This document shows positions 1-10,364 of a DNA stretch of 64,000 bases, in pieces. Position numbers and translations under genes: made by a program. The notes beneath the pieces were generated by a model. The model ran no database searches, had not been told where the DNA came from, and worked only from the letters and a program-made list of their open reading frames with translations. Numbering within the stretch: the stretch's first letter is position 1; each line of letters starts with the position of its first letter. Origin of the DNA: an uncultured Clostridia bacterium (GTDB taxonomy: Bacteria; Bacillota; Clostridia; TANB77; CAG-508). The stretch covers positions 601 through 64,600 of the forward strand of contig CAKPCG010000006.1 in NCBI GenBank assembly GCA_934141475.1, read 5' to 3'.

Positions 1-916
1 AATCATATATATTATTTGCAACTCTACCAGCAATCGACATAGCAATAGTAAAAAATCTTTGTACAGTATGTTTATGACCTTTAAAAGCTTCTTCTCTTGT
101 TGTTGTATTAAATTCTCCCAGTTCGTTAATGCTTGCTGCTTCAACCGCATGGTCACTTAAAATATTTCTCTTTAAAGAATTATTGTTTTTTACATACTTA
201 ATGTTGTCTTGAAATAAATCAGATTCTTTCAAATCAGAAACCCAATCTCCACCAATTACATAACAACTAAATTTATTTGGATTATTAAACATTTTTATTT
301 TTTCGTCAGTATTTAATAAATCTTGTGAAATGTGTTCAGGATTAATTACAAATGCATTTCCAATACTATCTGTATTTTCTACCATAATATGTTCAACTAA
401 ATTTCCTCCAAGCGAATGCCCAAATAGAAAATTGGAATTATCTCTACCTGAATATTGTGTAAAGAATTCCATTGCCTGTTCAACTTGTGTATCACTATTT
501 GTTATGTATTCATTTGCATCTGTTAATGAGTCTAATGCCAATTCCTTTGGACTTGATACATCTGTTCCTCTAAAAGTTATTCCTGTATTACCAGAGCTAT
601 CTAAAAGTGCCATAGCATAAAATCCAGTTTTTGTATCTTGCTGAACTCCCTTTATTTCAAAATCTCCTAATCCACTATCAATCATTTCTTGAATTAGCTC
701 TTTTGAAGATATTTTTATTCCTGTGATTTTTTCAGCAGCACTTCCTAAATATGGTGTGTTTTCATCTTGTAACATTTGTGAAAGCTGACTTATTTTAATA
801 TTTTCACCATTCTTTATTTGTTCATATTTTACTAAATCTAAATTAATATAAGCTAACTGTGTTAGTAAAGTTTTTTGTTCGTCGCTTAATTTATTAAATG
901 TAACATTATTATTCAT
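1..916 (-). CDS. alpha/beta-hydrolase, lipase-like (DUF2974/Mbeg1-like); 3' end runs off the window
   Basis: Open minus-strand frame from ATG (rc of cat at 914-916; MNNNVTFNKLSDEQKTLL...) to the window edge. The nucleophile-elbow motif GHSLGG is encoded at ~404-421. It is absent from the ORF track because there is no in-window stop. Confidence 0.7.
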   Translation of the reverse strand, partial: MNNNVTFNKLSDEQKTLLTQLAYINLDLVKYEQIKNGENIKISQLSQMLQDENTPYLGSAAEKITGIKISSKELIQEMIDSGLGDFEIKGVQQDTKTGFYAMALLDSSGNTGITFRGTDVSSPKELALDSLTDANEYITNSDTQVEQAMEFFTQYSGRDNSNFLFGHSLGGNLVEHIMVENTDSIGNAFVINPEHISQDLLNTDEKIKMFNNPNKFSCYVIGGDWVSDLKESDLFQDNIKYVKNNNSLKRNILSDHAVEAASINELGEFNTTTREEAFKGHKHTVQRFFTIAMSIAGRVANNIYD

Positions 917-954
917 TAGTTTTATTTCCTTTTCTTATTGATTATAATTTCTTT

Positions 955-2673
955 TTAATAGCTTTTTCTTATTTTTTCTATCAATTTAATTGCCTTTTGA
1001 TTCCCTGCAGTTGCTGATTTTTCTAACATTTGGATGGCATAATCAATATTCTTCTTTACATCTAAACCATTTTCTTCTCCATAATAGTATATTTCTCCAA
1101 GTATATATTGGGCGTCACTATTTCCATTTATAGCTGATTTTTCAAACCAAAAAATAGCTTTTTTATCATTTGATTCTATTCCATCCCAATACAAATATGC
1201 GTCTCCTAACATCATTTGGCTAACTGCATCCCATTCATTATTTTCTGCATGTTTTTTAAATTGATAAAATGCTAATTTGTAATTTTGCTTTGTTCCATTT
1301 CCATAATAATACATCCAAGCTAAATAAGGATATTTTAGTGTTACATCATAGTTATCTTCAATATCCTTAGCATATTGAAAAGCTTTGTTATAATCCTTTT
1401 GTACATAATTTCCATGATAATACATATCAGCCAATATCTCTTTAGTTTTATAGGTTTCATCTTGGTCTAAAAAATCTATTGCAATATTATAAGCTTTTTT
1501 ATAATCACACTTATCTCCCCAATAATATTCATAAAGTAACAATCTTATAGCTTTTTTATATTTATACTCTTTTAAAAGAAACTCAAAAATTTCAATTGCC
1601 TTATCTATGTCTTTATTTAAATAATATCCATAGTAATACATTAATCCTATATAATATTTTGCATCCTTATCATTTGGCGCCAATTCTTGGAAAATATTGT
1701 ATGCTTTTTCATAATCTTGCTCTAAATAATATCCATAATAATACATTAATCCAATAAAATATTTTGAATCCTTATCATTTGGCGCCAATTCTTGGAAAAT
1801 ATTGTATGCTTTTTCATAATCTTGCTCTAAATAATCTCCATAGTAATACATTAATCCTATATAATATTTTGCATCTTTATCATCATACTTTTCAACTAAC
1901 TCATTAAAAATTTCATATGCTTTTTTATTATCTTTAGCAACATATTTTCCCAAATAGTACATTTCTCCTAAATAAAATTTTGCATTCTTATCATCAGCAT
2001 TAGCAAGTTCACTAAATATTTCAAAGGCTTTTTTATAATCGCATTCAATGTAATGACCATAATAGTACATTCTGCCTATAAAATATTTTGCTTTTTTATT
2101 ATCATATTTTTCGACTAATTCTTCGAAATTGTTATAGGCTCTTTCTAAATCTTTTTCCATACCCCTGCAATAATACATACAAATTGCTAATTTAAGTTTA
2201 GCTTTAATATTTCCCAACTTTGTTGCTTTTTCAAAATATTTAATAGCTACTTCATAATTTTTATCCGTATTTATTCCCTCATAATATCTTCTGCCTAGTT
2301 CATATATAAATTCAGGTTTACAATCATTACTATCAACCATTTTCTTTAATTCATGTAACTCAAATATATTCTCATATATTTGTTCTATATATTTTTCTAC
2401 TGAATATATTTCTCCATAAAGAGTTTCTTCACTAATATCGCATTTTTTAAACTTATTATCAACAGTATCATAAATGACAAATATGTTGTCTCCTAAATCT
2501 ATTAATGGTATCATTTCAATAGTAACATTTAAATCTTCTTTATAATTCTCAATTTCGCTTTTTGATAACACTCTTTTATTATCCTTTAGAAATATTGGTT
2601 CTTCTTGAAACAATCCTAATAATTCTTGTAATTCACTGTTTTTAATTGAATCAATTATTTTTTTTAGTTCCAT
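955..2673 (-). CDS. Sel1-like (SLR/TPR) repeat protein
   Basis: 572-aa ORF with more than 10 repeats of the type K(A/Y)xYxxGxMYYxGxxVxxDxxKAxxxF, including near-identical 35-aa units. Confidence 0.85.
   Translation of the reverse strand: MELKKIIDSIKNSELQELLGLFQEEPIFLKDNKRVLSKSEIENYKEDLNVTIEMIPLIDLGDNIFVIYDTVDNKFKKCDISEETLYGEIYSVEKYIEQIYENIFELHELKKMVDSNDCKPEFIYELGRRYYEGINTDKNYEVAIKYFEKATKLGNIKAKLKLAICMYYCRGMEKDLERAYNNFEELVEKYDNKKAKYFIGRMYYYGHYIECDYKKAFEIFSELANADDKNAKFYLGEMYYLGKYVAKDNKKAYEIFNELVEKYDDKDAKYYIGLMYYYGDYLEQDYEKAYNIFQELAPNDKDSKYFIGLMYYYGYYLEQDYEKAYNIFQELAPNDKDAKYYIGLMYYYGYYLNKDIDKAIEIFEFLLKEYKYKKAIRLLLYEYYWGDKCDYKKAYNIAIDFLDQDETYKTKEILADMYYHGNYVQKDYNKAFQYAKDIEDNYDVTLKYPYLAWMYYYGNGTKQNYKLAFYQFKKHAENNEWDAVSQMMLGDAYLYWDGIESNDKKAIFWFEKSAINGNSDAQYILGEIYYYGEENGLDVKKNIDYAIQMLEKSATAGNQKAIKLIEKIRKSY
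1600..1900. repeat. near-identical 105-bp tandem units inside the Sel1-repeat gene
   Basis: The string catttggcgccaattcttggaaaatattgtatgctttttcataatcttgctctaaataat recurs 105 bp apart (~1671 and ~1776). It encodes APNDKD(S/A)KY(F/Y)IGLMYYYGYYL... Confidence 0.85.
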
Positions 2674-2685
2674 ACTTATATCCTC

Positions 2686-3402
2686 CTAAAATCCAATTTT
2701 CTTTTCTAAATTATCTGCTATTAATTTTTCATATTGAGCATCTACTTTCTTTATTCTATACATATCTTCCTTATAATAATTTATTTCTTCATTTTTAGCA
2801 TGTTCTATTAATAACTTTTGGTATAAACTGTTTATATATCTGGCATTTCCAAAATTTTCAATTTTTGATGAATCTCTAATAATTATTTTTATCTTTTCTA
2901 ATGCTTCATCTGAAATTTCTAAATTATTTCTTTTAACTAGTTTTAAAAATATGTTAGTTAATTCATCTAAACTATAATCTGGAAAATCTATTTTATATCC
3001 TATTCTAGAAGCTAAACCTGGATTTGTTTTTATAGATTTTTCCATTTCTTCTTTATATCCCGCAAATATAATAATTAATTTTAAAAGTGTGGTACTACAT
3101 TTACTACCATATAAGGCCGTTCCAGTACCTGAATTACCAGTAAATATCATATGTAAATTAAAATTTTCTATATTTACTTGTGCCTTTTTGTTAAATTTTA
3201 AAAGACTTGCAAAATCTTTTATTTGAATTTTTATGTTTGATAATCCTGTTAATGCGTTTAAATCATTCAAAATCGTAGGAAGATCCCTTTCATTAAATTT
3301 TTTTGGGATATCTTCCAAAGTGATTTTATCTTTAACACATTCTGAATACGACATATCTACTATTTCTCGATTATATCTCTGTATAGCATAATATGCTCTC
3401 AT
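2686..3402 (-). CDS. SpoVK/CbbX-type AAA+ protein with degenerate P-loop and internal deletion
   Basis: The N-terminal part and the lid region (NPGLASRIGYKIDFPDYSLDEL...) match SpoVK-like AAA+ proteins. Walker A reads GNSGTGT (no Lys), and the segment up to the IIFAGY strand, including Walker B, is missing. Length is 238 aa, shorter than full-length family members. Confidence 0.55.
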   Translation of the reverse strand: MRAYYAIQRYNREIVDMSYSECVKDKITLEDIPKKFNERDLPTILNDLNALTGLSNIKIQIKDFASLLKFNKKAQVNIENFNLHMIFTGNSGTGTALYGSKCSTTLLKLIIIFAGYKEEMEKSIKTNPGLASRIGYKIDFPDYSLDELTNIFLKLVKRNNLEISDEALEKIKIIIRDSSKIENFGNARYINSLYQKLLIEHAKNEEINYYKEDMYRIKKVDAQYEKLIADNLEKKIGF

Positions 3403-3604
3403 TATATTTTCCTCACTTTTTATACAACAGGTTAATGTTATTTTATTAAAATTAAATGTCTTATTTTTCTTTTTATCTAAAAATTTATAATATGCTACTT
3501 ATATAATATACCATTTTGACTTTATTGGCAATATCTGTTTTCCAACAATGTATTTTGAATTTGTAGTGTTACAATTGATGTGAAACAAAAAATATAGAAA
3601 AAAA

Positions 3605-3922
3605 GTGATTCAAGTAGATAATGGAATAGAATTTACTTATAATCAAGCAAAAATAAAAAAAGAACATCCAATGGACATATTATTGAATAGTTTAAATATA
3701 AGGCATCATAAAATAAGACCAAGAACACCAGAACACAATGAAAAGGTTGAAAGAAGTCATAAAAACGACAATGAAAGATTTTACAGTTAGCTTACATTTT
3801 ATAGTTTAGAAAATTTAAGAAAACAAGGAGTAGCATATTTAAAAAGATCCAATAGGATACCAATGGCTGTTTTAGGCTATTTAACACCAAAAGAAAAAAG
3901 GGCGAAATTAATGTGTGCATAA
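3605..3922 (+). pseudogene. 3' fragment of a DDE (rve-type) IS transposase
   Basis: VDNGIEF...IRPRTPEHNEKVERSH matches the second Asp and the Glu region of an integrase-core DDE domain. The frame breaks at 3790 and continues in another frame (SLENLRKQGVAYLKRSNRIPMAVLGYLTPKEK). There is no N-terminal half. Confidence 0.7.
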
Positions 3923-4084
3923 AATATCTATTATCTTAAATAATGCCTCGACTTTATCATACGATAACTTGTTTATTTTTTTCAAAAATTTTAATTTTCT
4001 GTTTCAATTCAGGATTCGTAATAAACTCTTTATACAAAATATTAGGTTTTTAATAACTAGAAAATTTATCAAATTCAAATTGTT

Positions 4085-4561
4085 CTATCCTGCATACTGT
4101 CTACTTTGAAATCTACCTTCTGGTATATCATGCAAACATATCGCAATTGCAAGACCTATTCCTAATTTTGTTGAAGCTTCAAATCCTGAACCAATTGCCA
4201 AACCTTCTGGAAAATTGTGTATTGCAAGACCTATACTTACAATTATTCCTGTTTTTAGTAAATTGTTGTTTTTTAATTTATTTTGTTTGCTAAATTTGTT
4301 TGTAACTAATAAATCGCAAATAATCATTGTTATTATTCCCACTACTATTCCTAGCATCACAACTAAAATATTTGCAATTTTTAATGCTTCTGGTAATAAA
4401 TCAAAGCATATTATAGACATCATAAGACCTGAAGCAAATGATAATATGAAACTTAAAAATTTATTTGATACATTTTTTATAAAGCATCCTATTATCCCTC
4501 CTAGTGTGGTTCCAAAAGTGCCAAAAAATAAGCCTAATAGGGTTGTTTTTATTATTTCCAT
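4085..4561 (-). pseudogene. ZIP-family metal transporter (ZupT-like), C-terminally truncated
   Basis: Carries the HNFPEGLAIG and HDIPEG motifs. After HDIPEG the sequence diverges (RFQSRQYAG*) and the last TM helices are missing. It abuts the IS fragment. Confidence 0.65.
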
Positions 4562-4674
4562 AACTTCACCTCTATTAGACTTTATTATTATAGCTTGCCT
4601 TTTATTCTTTTCAATTTGTCAGTTTATTTTATTAGTTAATTTTACTAATATACTTTTTTATCTATTGTTATTTT

Positions 4675-5115
4675 TTAGTTTAATAATTCTTTTACTACTT
4701 CATTTATTGCTCTTCCGTCAGCTGCTACTCCTATTTTTGCTTTTGCTTCTTTCATAACAGGTCCCATATCTTTTATTGAAGTTGCACCTAAAGTAGTTAT
4801 TATATCTTTTACAATTTCAGTTATTTCTTCTTTAGTTAATTGTTTTGGCAAATATTTTTCTAATATTTCTATTTCTTTATTTGTTTGTTCTATTAAATCA
4901 TTTCTTCCGCCTTTTTCAAATTCTACTAAAGCATCTTTTTTTCCTTTTACTTCTTTTGCTATAATTTCTATTATTTTGTTATCATCTACTTCTATTGCCT
5001 TATCTTTTTCTATTTGTAATATAGCTGCTCTAACCATTTGAACAGTGTCCTTTTTTATTGTATTTTTTTCTTTCATTGCATCTTTTAAATCTTGCATTAA
5101 TTCTTCTTTTAACAT
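4675..5115 (-). CDS. yqeY: GatB/YqeY domain protein
   Basis: 146 aa, MLKEELMQDLKDAMKEKN...VRAAILQIEKD...; typical YqeY length and sequence. Confidence 0.85.
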   Translation of the reverse strand: MLKEELMQDLKDAMKEKNTIKKDTVQMVRAAILQIEKDKAIEVDDNKIIEIIAKEVKGKKDALVEFEKGGRNDLIEQTNKEIEILEKYLPKQLTKEEITEIVKDIITTLGATSIKDMGPVMKEAKAKIGVAADGRAINEVVKELLN

Positions 5116-5160
5116 TTTTATTCCTTCTTTCTAAATTTTTATTTACATTTTTTATTTGCA

Positions 5161-5304
5161 TTATTTTTTATCTTCTTTTTTATCTTCTTTTTCTTCGACT
5201 TCCTCTGTTTCGTATCCTTTTCCTGTTTTCTTTAAAATTCCATTTATACTGTTCATTATATCATCTAAATTTTCATCAAAATCATCTCTTTTTACTTCTA
5301 GCAT
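5161..5304 (-). CDS. small acidic hypothetical protein (47 aa)
   Basis: ATG at 5304 preceded by GGAG. Sequence MLEVKRDDFDENLDDIMNSINGILKKTGKGYETEEVEEKEDKKEDKK. Fills the tatD-yqeY gap. No family recognised. Confidence 0.25.
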   Translation of the reverse strand: MLEVKRDDFDENLDDIMNSINGILKKTGKGYETEEVEEKEDKKEDKK

Positions 5305-5322
5305 TTTTTTCATCTCCAATCT

Positions 5323-6111
5323 TTATTTTATAAAAAGTTTTTCTGCATTTTGGTATGTTATTTTTGCCATTTGCTCTGAGGTAATATTTTTAAATTCTGC
5401 TAATTTTTGTACTACATATTTTAAGTTGCTTGAATCGTTTCTAGTTCCTCTTACTGGCTCTGGTGCTAAATATGGTGCATCTGTTTCTATTAGCATTTTT
5501 TGAATAGGAACCATTTCTACTATTTTAGAAACATTTTTTGAACTTTTAAATGTTGATGTTCCACCAAATGCAATATATAGTCCAGCTTCTAATCCATGCC
5601 TTACAAGTTCTGGATTAAATGGGCAGCAATGTAATACTCCAGATTTTTGTATTTTATTTTCTTTTATTATTTTTATTGTATCATCTATCGCATCTCTTGT
5701 ATGAATTGATATTGGTAGGTTTAGTTCATTTGCAAGTTCGATTTGTTTTTTAAATATTATTTTTTGTGTTTCTTTATTTGTTTGAACCCAATGGTAATCT
5801 AATCCAATTTCACCTATTGCAATAACTTTCTTATTTTTAATTGCCAATTCTTTTATTATTTCTATTTTTTTCCACAATTCATCCATTTTTTGTGGATTTT
5901 GATTTGGTAAATTTTCAGGATGTATTCCACAAGAAGCATATATAAAATCATTTTTGTTTGCAAGTTCTATTGCTTTTTTAGATGATTTTATATCACATCC
6001 TATATCTATACATTTAGTTACTCCTGCATTCCATATTTTTTGTATTACTTGATTCCTATCTTCATCAAATTTTTCATCATCTAAGTGCATATGTGTATCA
6101 AAGTATTCCAA
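5323..6111 (-). CDS. tatD: TatD-family metal-dependent hydrolase
   Basis: 262 aa with MEYFDTHMHLDD..., IGEIGLDYHW, SIHTRDA and ETDAPYL motifs. Confidence 0.9.
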   Translation of the reverse strand: MEYFDTHMHLDDEKFDEDRNQVIQKIWNAGVTKCIDIGCDIKSSKKAIELANKNDFIYASCGIHPENLPNQNPQKMDELWKKIEIIKELAIKNKKVIAIGEIGLDYHWVQTNKETQKIIFKKQIELANELNLPISIHTRDAIDDTIKIIKENKIQKSGVLHCCPFNPELVRHGLEAGLYIAFGGTSTFKSSKNVSKIVEMVPIQKMLIETDAPYLAPEPVRGTRNDSSNLKYVVQKLAEFKNITSEQMAKITYQNAEKLFIK

Positions 6112-6133
6112 TTTTTTCTCCTTATAAATAAAT

Positions 6134-6517
6134 TTATTTATATAGCACTGTTACATTTGCTATAGCATATTCTTTACAATGTGATATGCTTACATCTACA
6201 TTTTCTACTTTATTATTTTTTAAAAATAGTATTTCTATTTTTGGTCTTCCATTCTCATCATTTATTGTTTCAACATCTTTCCATGTAATTGCATATTTGT
6301 CTTTTACCCCTTCAGATACGGCCTTAAAAGCTGCTTCTTTTACTGCAAATCTTGCAGCATAATGTTCGTATTTTGATATTCCCTTGCTTTCGCAGTATTC
6401 TATTTCTTTTTTTGTAAATACCTTTTTTAAAAATGGATCTCCTAATTTTTCTATACTTTCTTTTATTCTACTTATTTCTATTATATCTACTCCACATTTT
6501 ACCTTCATAGCAATCAA
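6134..6517 (-). CDS. acpS: holo-[acyl-carrier-protein] synthase
   Basis: 127 aa, GVDIIEISRI...AARFAVKEAAFKA...; the start may be the internal Met (MKVKCGVD). Confidence 0.9.
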   Translation of the reverse strand: MIAMKVKCGVDIIEISRIKESIEKLGDPFLKKVFTKKEIEYCESKGISKYEHYAARFAVKEAAFKAVSEGVKDKYAITWKDVETINDENGRPKIEILFLKNNKVENVDVSISHCKEYAIANVTVLYK

Positions 6518-6622
6518 CCTTTCTTTTTACAATTTATAGTATAGCATATTTTTTTATTACTTTAAAGCTTTTTTATTATAATAATACCGCTACAATAATT
6601 ATCTTTTGTAACGGTATTATTT

Positions 6623-7867
6623 TTATTTTAAGCAAATTATAAAGTTTACAATGTTAAATGCTAATGTGGCTATTAATATTGCTATTATAAACCCTGACAT
6701 TTTTTCACTTTTTTCTATTTTTAACTCACTATATAAAACATTATACTTGTTTTTTACATCATTATATAGTTTTTCTATTTCTAAAACTTCTTTTAAATAT
6801 GAATAATATAAACTTCCCATATCATCTGATGTTATTTCTTGAATCCATAACTTTTTTGTAAAATCTATAAATTTTTTTCTTGTTATTTCTATATCTTTAG
6901 AGTCTTTTGCTTCTTTAAATTCATAGTTTAATTTTTTTAAGTATATTTTTAGGTATAATGATAATATATATGTGTAAAAATATTGTTTTTCAAATTCTTC
7001 TGGCAATACTGTGTAGTTTTTTAAATCACAATCAGAGCTTAATAGGTTTACTCCTAATTTTGATATTCCTATTTTAGCATATTTTGATGTTCCTATTACT
7101 TTTGAGTTTTCACATATAACTGAACTTGCACTACTATCATTTGGTAGTATATTTATATATTTTAGAAAATCTCCTTTTATGTTATCAAATACTGTATTTA
7201 TATTCCATGCTTCTTGTTTTATACATGTATATGAATATGTATAAAATCTTTCTATATCAAGGTTTAATTTTAGAGCATCAATGTTTGGTCCTGTTATATT
7301 ATTTATGAATTCTTGTATTTCTTCTATATTTTCTAAAGTGTTGGCTTGTACTTTTATATTTTCGTAGTTTTTTAGGTTATTACATTCTTGATTTATGTCT
7401 CTAAACTTATAATTAAAGTTTAAAATATCTGAAAATTCTTCGCTTCCTTCTATATTTGTTTTTAAGTATATAAAGCAAATACCAGTATTAAAAAGTACTA
7501 AACCTATTTTTTGTATTTTGAAAAATATACTATTTTCGTCTACTGTTTTTCCTTGTATGTCATTTGATAACTCATATTCAAATGTTATACTTGGATATTT
7601 ACTAAGTATTGCTGCTCTTGTTTCTATTGGAAGTTCTTGTAATTTTGATTGTTTATATCTATCATCTAGTTCAAATGTTCCAAATAAAAATTCTTTCATT
7701 TTTGGTAAAAAGTGTGTGTATATTTCTAAGTCTTGATCTTTTTTAAAAATTTTTAGTTTAAATCTTTTGTCTTTTAGTAATCTTAGTATATATTTACTAT
7801 ATTTATTTTCTTTTACTATAAAAGTATTTATAAAATATGTATATTGATACCTTGTCTTTAGCTCCAT
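6623..7867 (-). CDS. hypothetical protein with C-terminal TM anchor
   Basis: 414-aa ORF with consistent coding bias and a single C-terminal hydrophobic helix (FIIAILIATLAFNIVNFII). No recognised domain. Confidence 0.6.
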   Translation of the reverse strand: MELKTRYQYTYFINTFIVKENKYSKYILRLLKDKRFKLKIFKKDQDLEIYTHFLPKMKEFLFGTFELDDRYKQSKLQELPIETRAAILSKYPSITFEYELSNDIQGKTVDENSIFFKIQKIGLVLFNTGICFIYLKTNIEGSEEFSDILNFNYKFRDINQECNNLKNYENIKVQANTLENIEEIQEFINNITGPNIDALKLNLDIERFYTYSYTCIKQEAWNINTVFDNIKGDFLKYINILPNDSSASSVICENSKVIGTSKYAKIGISKLGVNLLSSDCDLKNYTVLPEEFEKQYFYTYILSLYLKIYLKKLNYEFKEAKDSKDIEITRKKFIDFTKKLWIQEITSDDMGSLYYSYLKEVLEIEKLYNDVKNKYNVLYSELKIEKSEKMSGFIIAILIATLAFNIVNFIICLK

Positions 7868-7888
7868 TTTTTTATTCTCCTCTTATAT

Positions 7889-9403
7889 TTATTTATCACA
7901 ATAGTAGTTCATATTTAAATCTAATCCTAAGTGCCATTTTCCAATAAAATCTATTACTAGATTTTCGTCTAAGTTATATGTTGGTTCAATTACAACCTCT
8001 CCATTACTATTTATTGCTCCCCATTTTCCATCTTGCTTTACGGCTGCATATCCATAGCTGTTAAATTCTGTTGCATCATCATATTTATTTTCTACAACTT
8101 TGTTTTGTTTATTATCTATATATCCATATTTTCCATCTTGTTTTTGAACAAATAGTTTATTGTTTGGCAATATTTCTTGTACTGTTTTTTCTTCAAATTT
8201 AAAGTTGTAATATTTGTAATCTTGGTCTTGTTTTATTTTCATGTATCCGTCATCAGTGTTAATTTCTGAAATAATTCCTGTTATTTTTTCTTCAAAATCT
8301 TGGTTTAATATTTTAGATGTATAATCTTCGTTTTCTGCTATATATATACCGGCTTTTTTGTTATATGTTACATTTTTATATTCGTATGGTAATTTTTCGT
8401 TTTGATCTATATCTATTATTCCGGCTTTTCCTTCTTTTACTGCTTCAAATATATCTTGATTTAATTCTTTTAATCCATCATATTTAGGCTCTATTTTTAT
8501 ATTTCCATCGAAATCCATTAAACCGTATTTATTTTGCTTTGTATATATAATTCCTGAATTTGCAATTTGTTTTATTTCGTCAAAGTTTTCTGTTACTTTT
8601 TTGTTTCCTTGGCTATCTATTAGTTGCTCTTTCCCATTTTCTTTTATTACAAAGTATTTTTCACCATAGATATTTTCTATTTTTTCATATTGGTTTGGTA
8701 AAATACTTTCACCAGTAAAACTTATTACTCCATATTTGTCTTCTTGATTTATCGTTATATATCCATTTTTGTAGTCATCTCCAAAGCTTTGTATTTCCTT
8801 GTATTCAGAATCTATTATTTTGCTTCCTTTGTCATTTAGTAATCCTTTTTTCCCATCTTTTTCAACTACTATACTATTTTCTACACCTTTTAATGTTGAG
8901 ATATTGTCATAAATTGGTTCTACTATTTCTTTTCCATCTATGTCTATTAATCCCCATTTTTCATTTTTTTGTACTTTTAGTACATTTTCTTCATACCATA
9001 TGTTTTCAGAAGAATTATAGTTATCTAATGCTTCTATTTTGTCATAGTTTGTATATATTTCTTCATTTTTGCTGTTTATTGCCTTTGTTTTATATGTTCC
9101 ATTTTCTTCATCTATATCATATGTGCATAAAAAGACATCTTTTTCTTTGTCTATAATTATTGGCATTTCTTGGTACATTGGATCTATTACAATTTTTCCA
9201 TCTGATCCTAGTACCCCCCATTTGTTATCACTATATACTGCAAAGTAGTTTATTTTCTCTAGTGGTTTTGTATTTTTTGCTTTTGTTAGGATTTTTTTTA
9301 CTGCTATTATTGCTATTATTAGTACAACTATTGCTATAATAACTGCAAATACTTTTTTATAGTTTAGTTTTGCTTCACTATCGTACCTTTTTCCCCTACT
9401 CAT
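7889..9403 (-). CDS. WG-repeat (KWG) containing membrane-anchored protein
   Basis: N-terminal TM, then repeated KWG(V/L)(L/I)xxDGKxxIxPxY modules. Confidence 0.8.
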   Translation of the reverse strand: MSRGKRYDSEAKLNYKKVFAVIIAIVVLIIAIIAVKKILTKAKNTKPLEKINYFAVYSDNKWGVLGSDGKIVIDPMYQEMPIIIDKEKDVFLCTYDIDEENGTYKTKAINSKNEEIYTNYDKIEALDNYNSSENIWYEENVLKVQKNEKWGLIDIDGKEIVEPIYDNISTLKGVENSIVVEKDGKKGLLNDKGSKIIDSEYKEIQSFGDDYKNGYITINQEDKYGVISFTGESILPNQYEKIENIYGEKYFVIKENGKEQLIDSQGNKKVTENFDEIKQIANSGIIYTKQNKYGLMDFDGNIKIEPKYDGLKELNQDIFEAVKEGKAGIIDIDQNEKLPYEYKNVTYNKKAGIYIAENEDYTSKILNQDFEEKITGIISEINTDDGYMKIKQDQDYKYYNFKFEEKTVQEILPNNKLFVQKQDGKYGYIDNKQNKVVENKYDDATEFNSYGYAAVKQDGKWGAINSNGEVVIEPTYNLDENLVIDFIGKWHLGLDLNMNYYCDK

Positions 9404-9443
9404 ATTTTTCCTCCAATATTTATATTTTTACATGCTTATTCTA

Positions 9444-10317
9444 CTATAAAAGATTTTTATTGTCAATTTTTTCTTTAAATCCTGTACCTAAAACTTCTCT
9501 TGAATTTGTAATTATTAAAAATGCTTTTGGATCTATTTTTTTTATTTCTTGTTTTATAGCAACTAAATCATTTCTTCCTATTGCACACATTAATACTAAT
9601 TTTTCTTTGTTTGTATACATTCCTTTTCCATATATTCCTGTAATTCCTCTTTTTATATCTTTTTCTATAAATTTTGCTATTTCTGGTGTTTTATCTGATA
9701 TTATAAATATTAGTTTTGTAAAATAAATTCCTTCAAATACTATATCTATTATTTTTCCCATTAAATATATTGCAATTGCAGAATATAGACCTATTTCAAT
9801 TTTTCTTAAAAATATTACATTTAAAAGTACAATTATAAAATCTATTATTGTAATTAGATTTCCGTGTTCTAAGCATTGGTTTATATTCTTTAATTAAAAT
9901 TCCCGCTAAATCTGAACCTCCTGTTGATGAATGTGCTCTTAATATTAAGGCTGTTCCAATCCCTGTTAGAATTCCTCCATATACACAAGCTAGTATTTTA
10001 TCATTTGTTAATGGATTAAATTTATCTAATATGTCTATAAATATTGATAAGCTAATTGTACCAACAATTGATTTTTCTAAAAATTTTCTGCCTATTTTTA
10101 ATGTTGCAAATACAAATAATGGTATATTTAAAGCAAGTATTGTTGTTCCCATTGGAATTTTAAATATATAATACATTATTGTTGCAATACCTGAAAATCC
10201 TCCTGATGATAATTCGTTTGGTAATAAAAATAATGATACTGCTATTGCCATTATAAATGAGCCTATTATAGTTTCTATTATTTGGATACAAAATATTTTT
10301 ATTTCTTGTTTTTTCAT
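9444..10317 (-). CDS. YitT-family membrane protein (DUF2179 C-terminal domain), split by a +1 break at CGG
   Basis: The N-terminal ORF (start MKKQEIK at 10317, RBS GAGGAG) ends shortly after an in-frame CGG (9864-9862). The +1 frame from GGA (9863-9861) reads GNLITIIDFIIVLLNVIFLRKIEIGLYSAIAIYLMGKIID and runs into ORF 9444..9761 (DUF2179). Confidence 0.8.
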
Positions 10318-10364
10318 AAAAAATCTCCTCATTTGTTATTATTTGATTATAAGTCAATTTTATT

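Noticed and set aside
4085-4130. ZIP transporter truncation as a CGG shift
   Set aside because: There is no CGG near the break, and neither alternative frame continues the ZIP sequence. The truncation is attributed to deletion or IS activity.
4215-4757. 180-aa plus-strand ORF
   Set aside because: It is antisense to the ZIP transporter and yqeY, spans their intergenic region, and is low-complexity.
5161-5304. Small ORF upstream of yqeY as rpsU (S21)
   Set aside because: The position fits the common rpsU-yqeY arrangement, but the sequence is acidic and unlike the basic S21 protein. It is kept only as a low-confidence hypothetical.
6575-6625. Hairpin ataccgctaca...tgtaacggtat as the terminator of the 414-aa gene
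   Set aside because: The stem is imperfect, and the T-run lies on the plus strand rather than downstream on the minus strand. It is too ambiguous to call.
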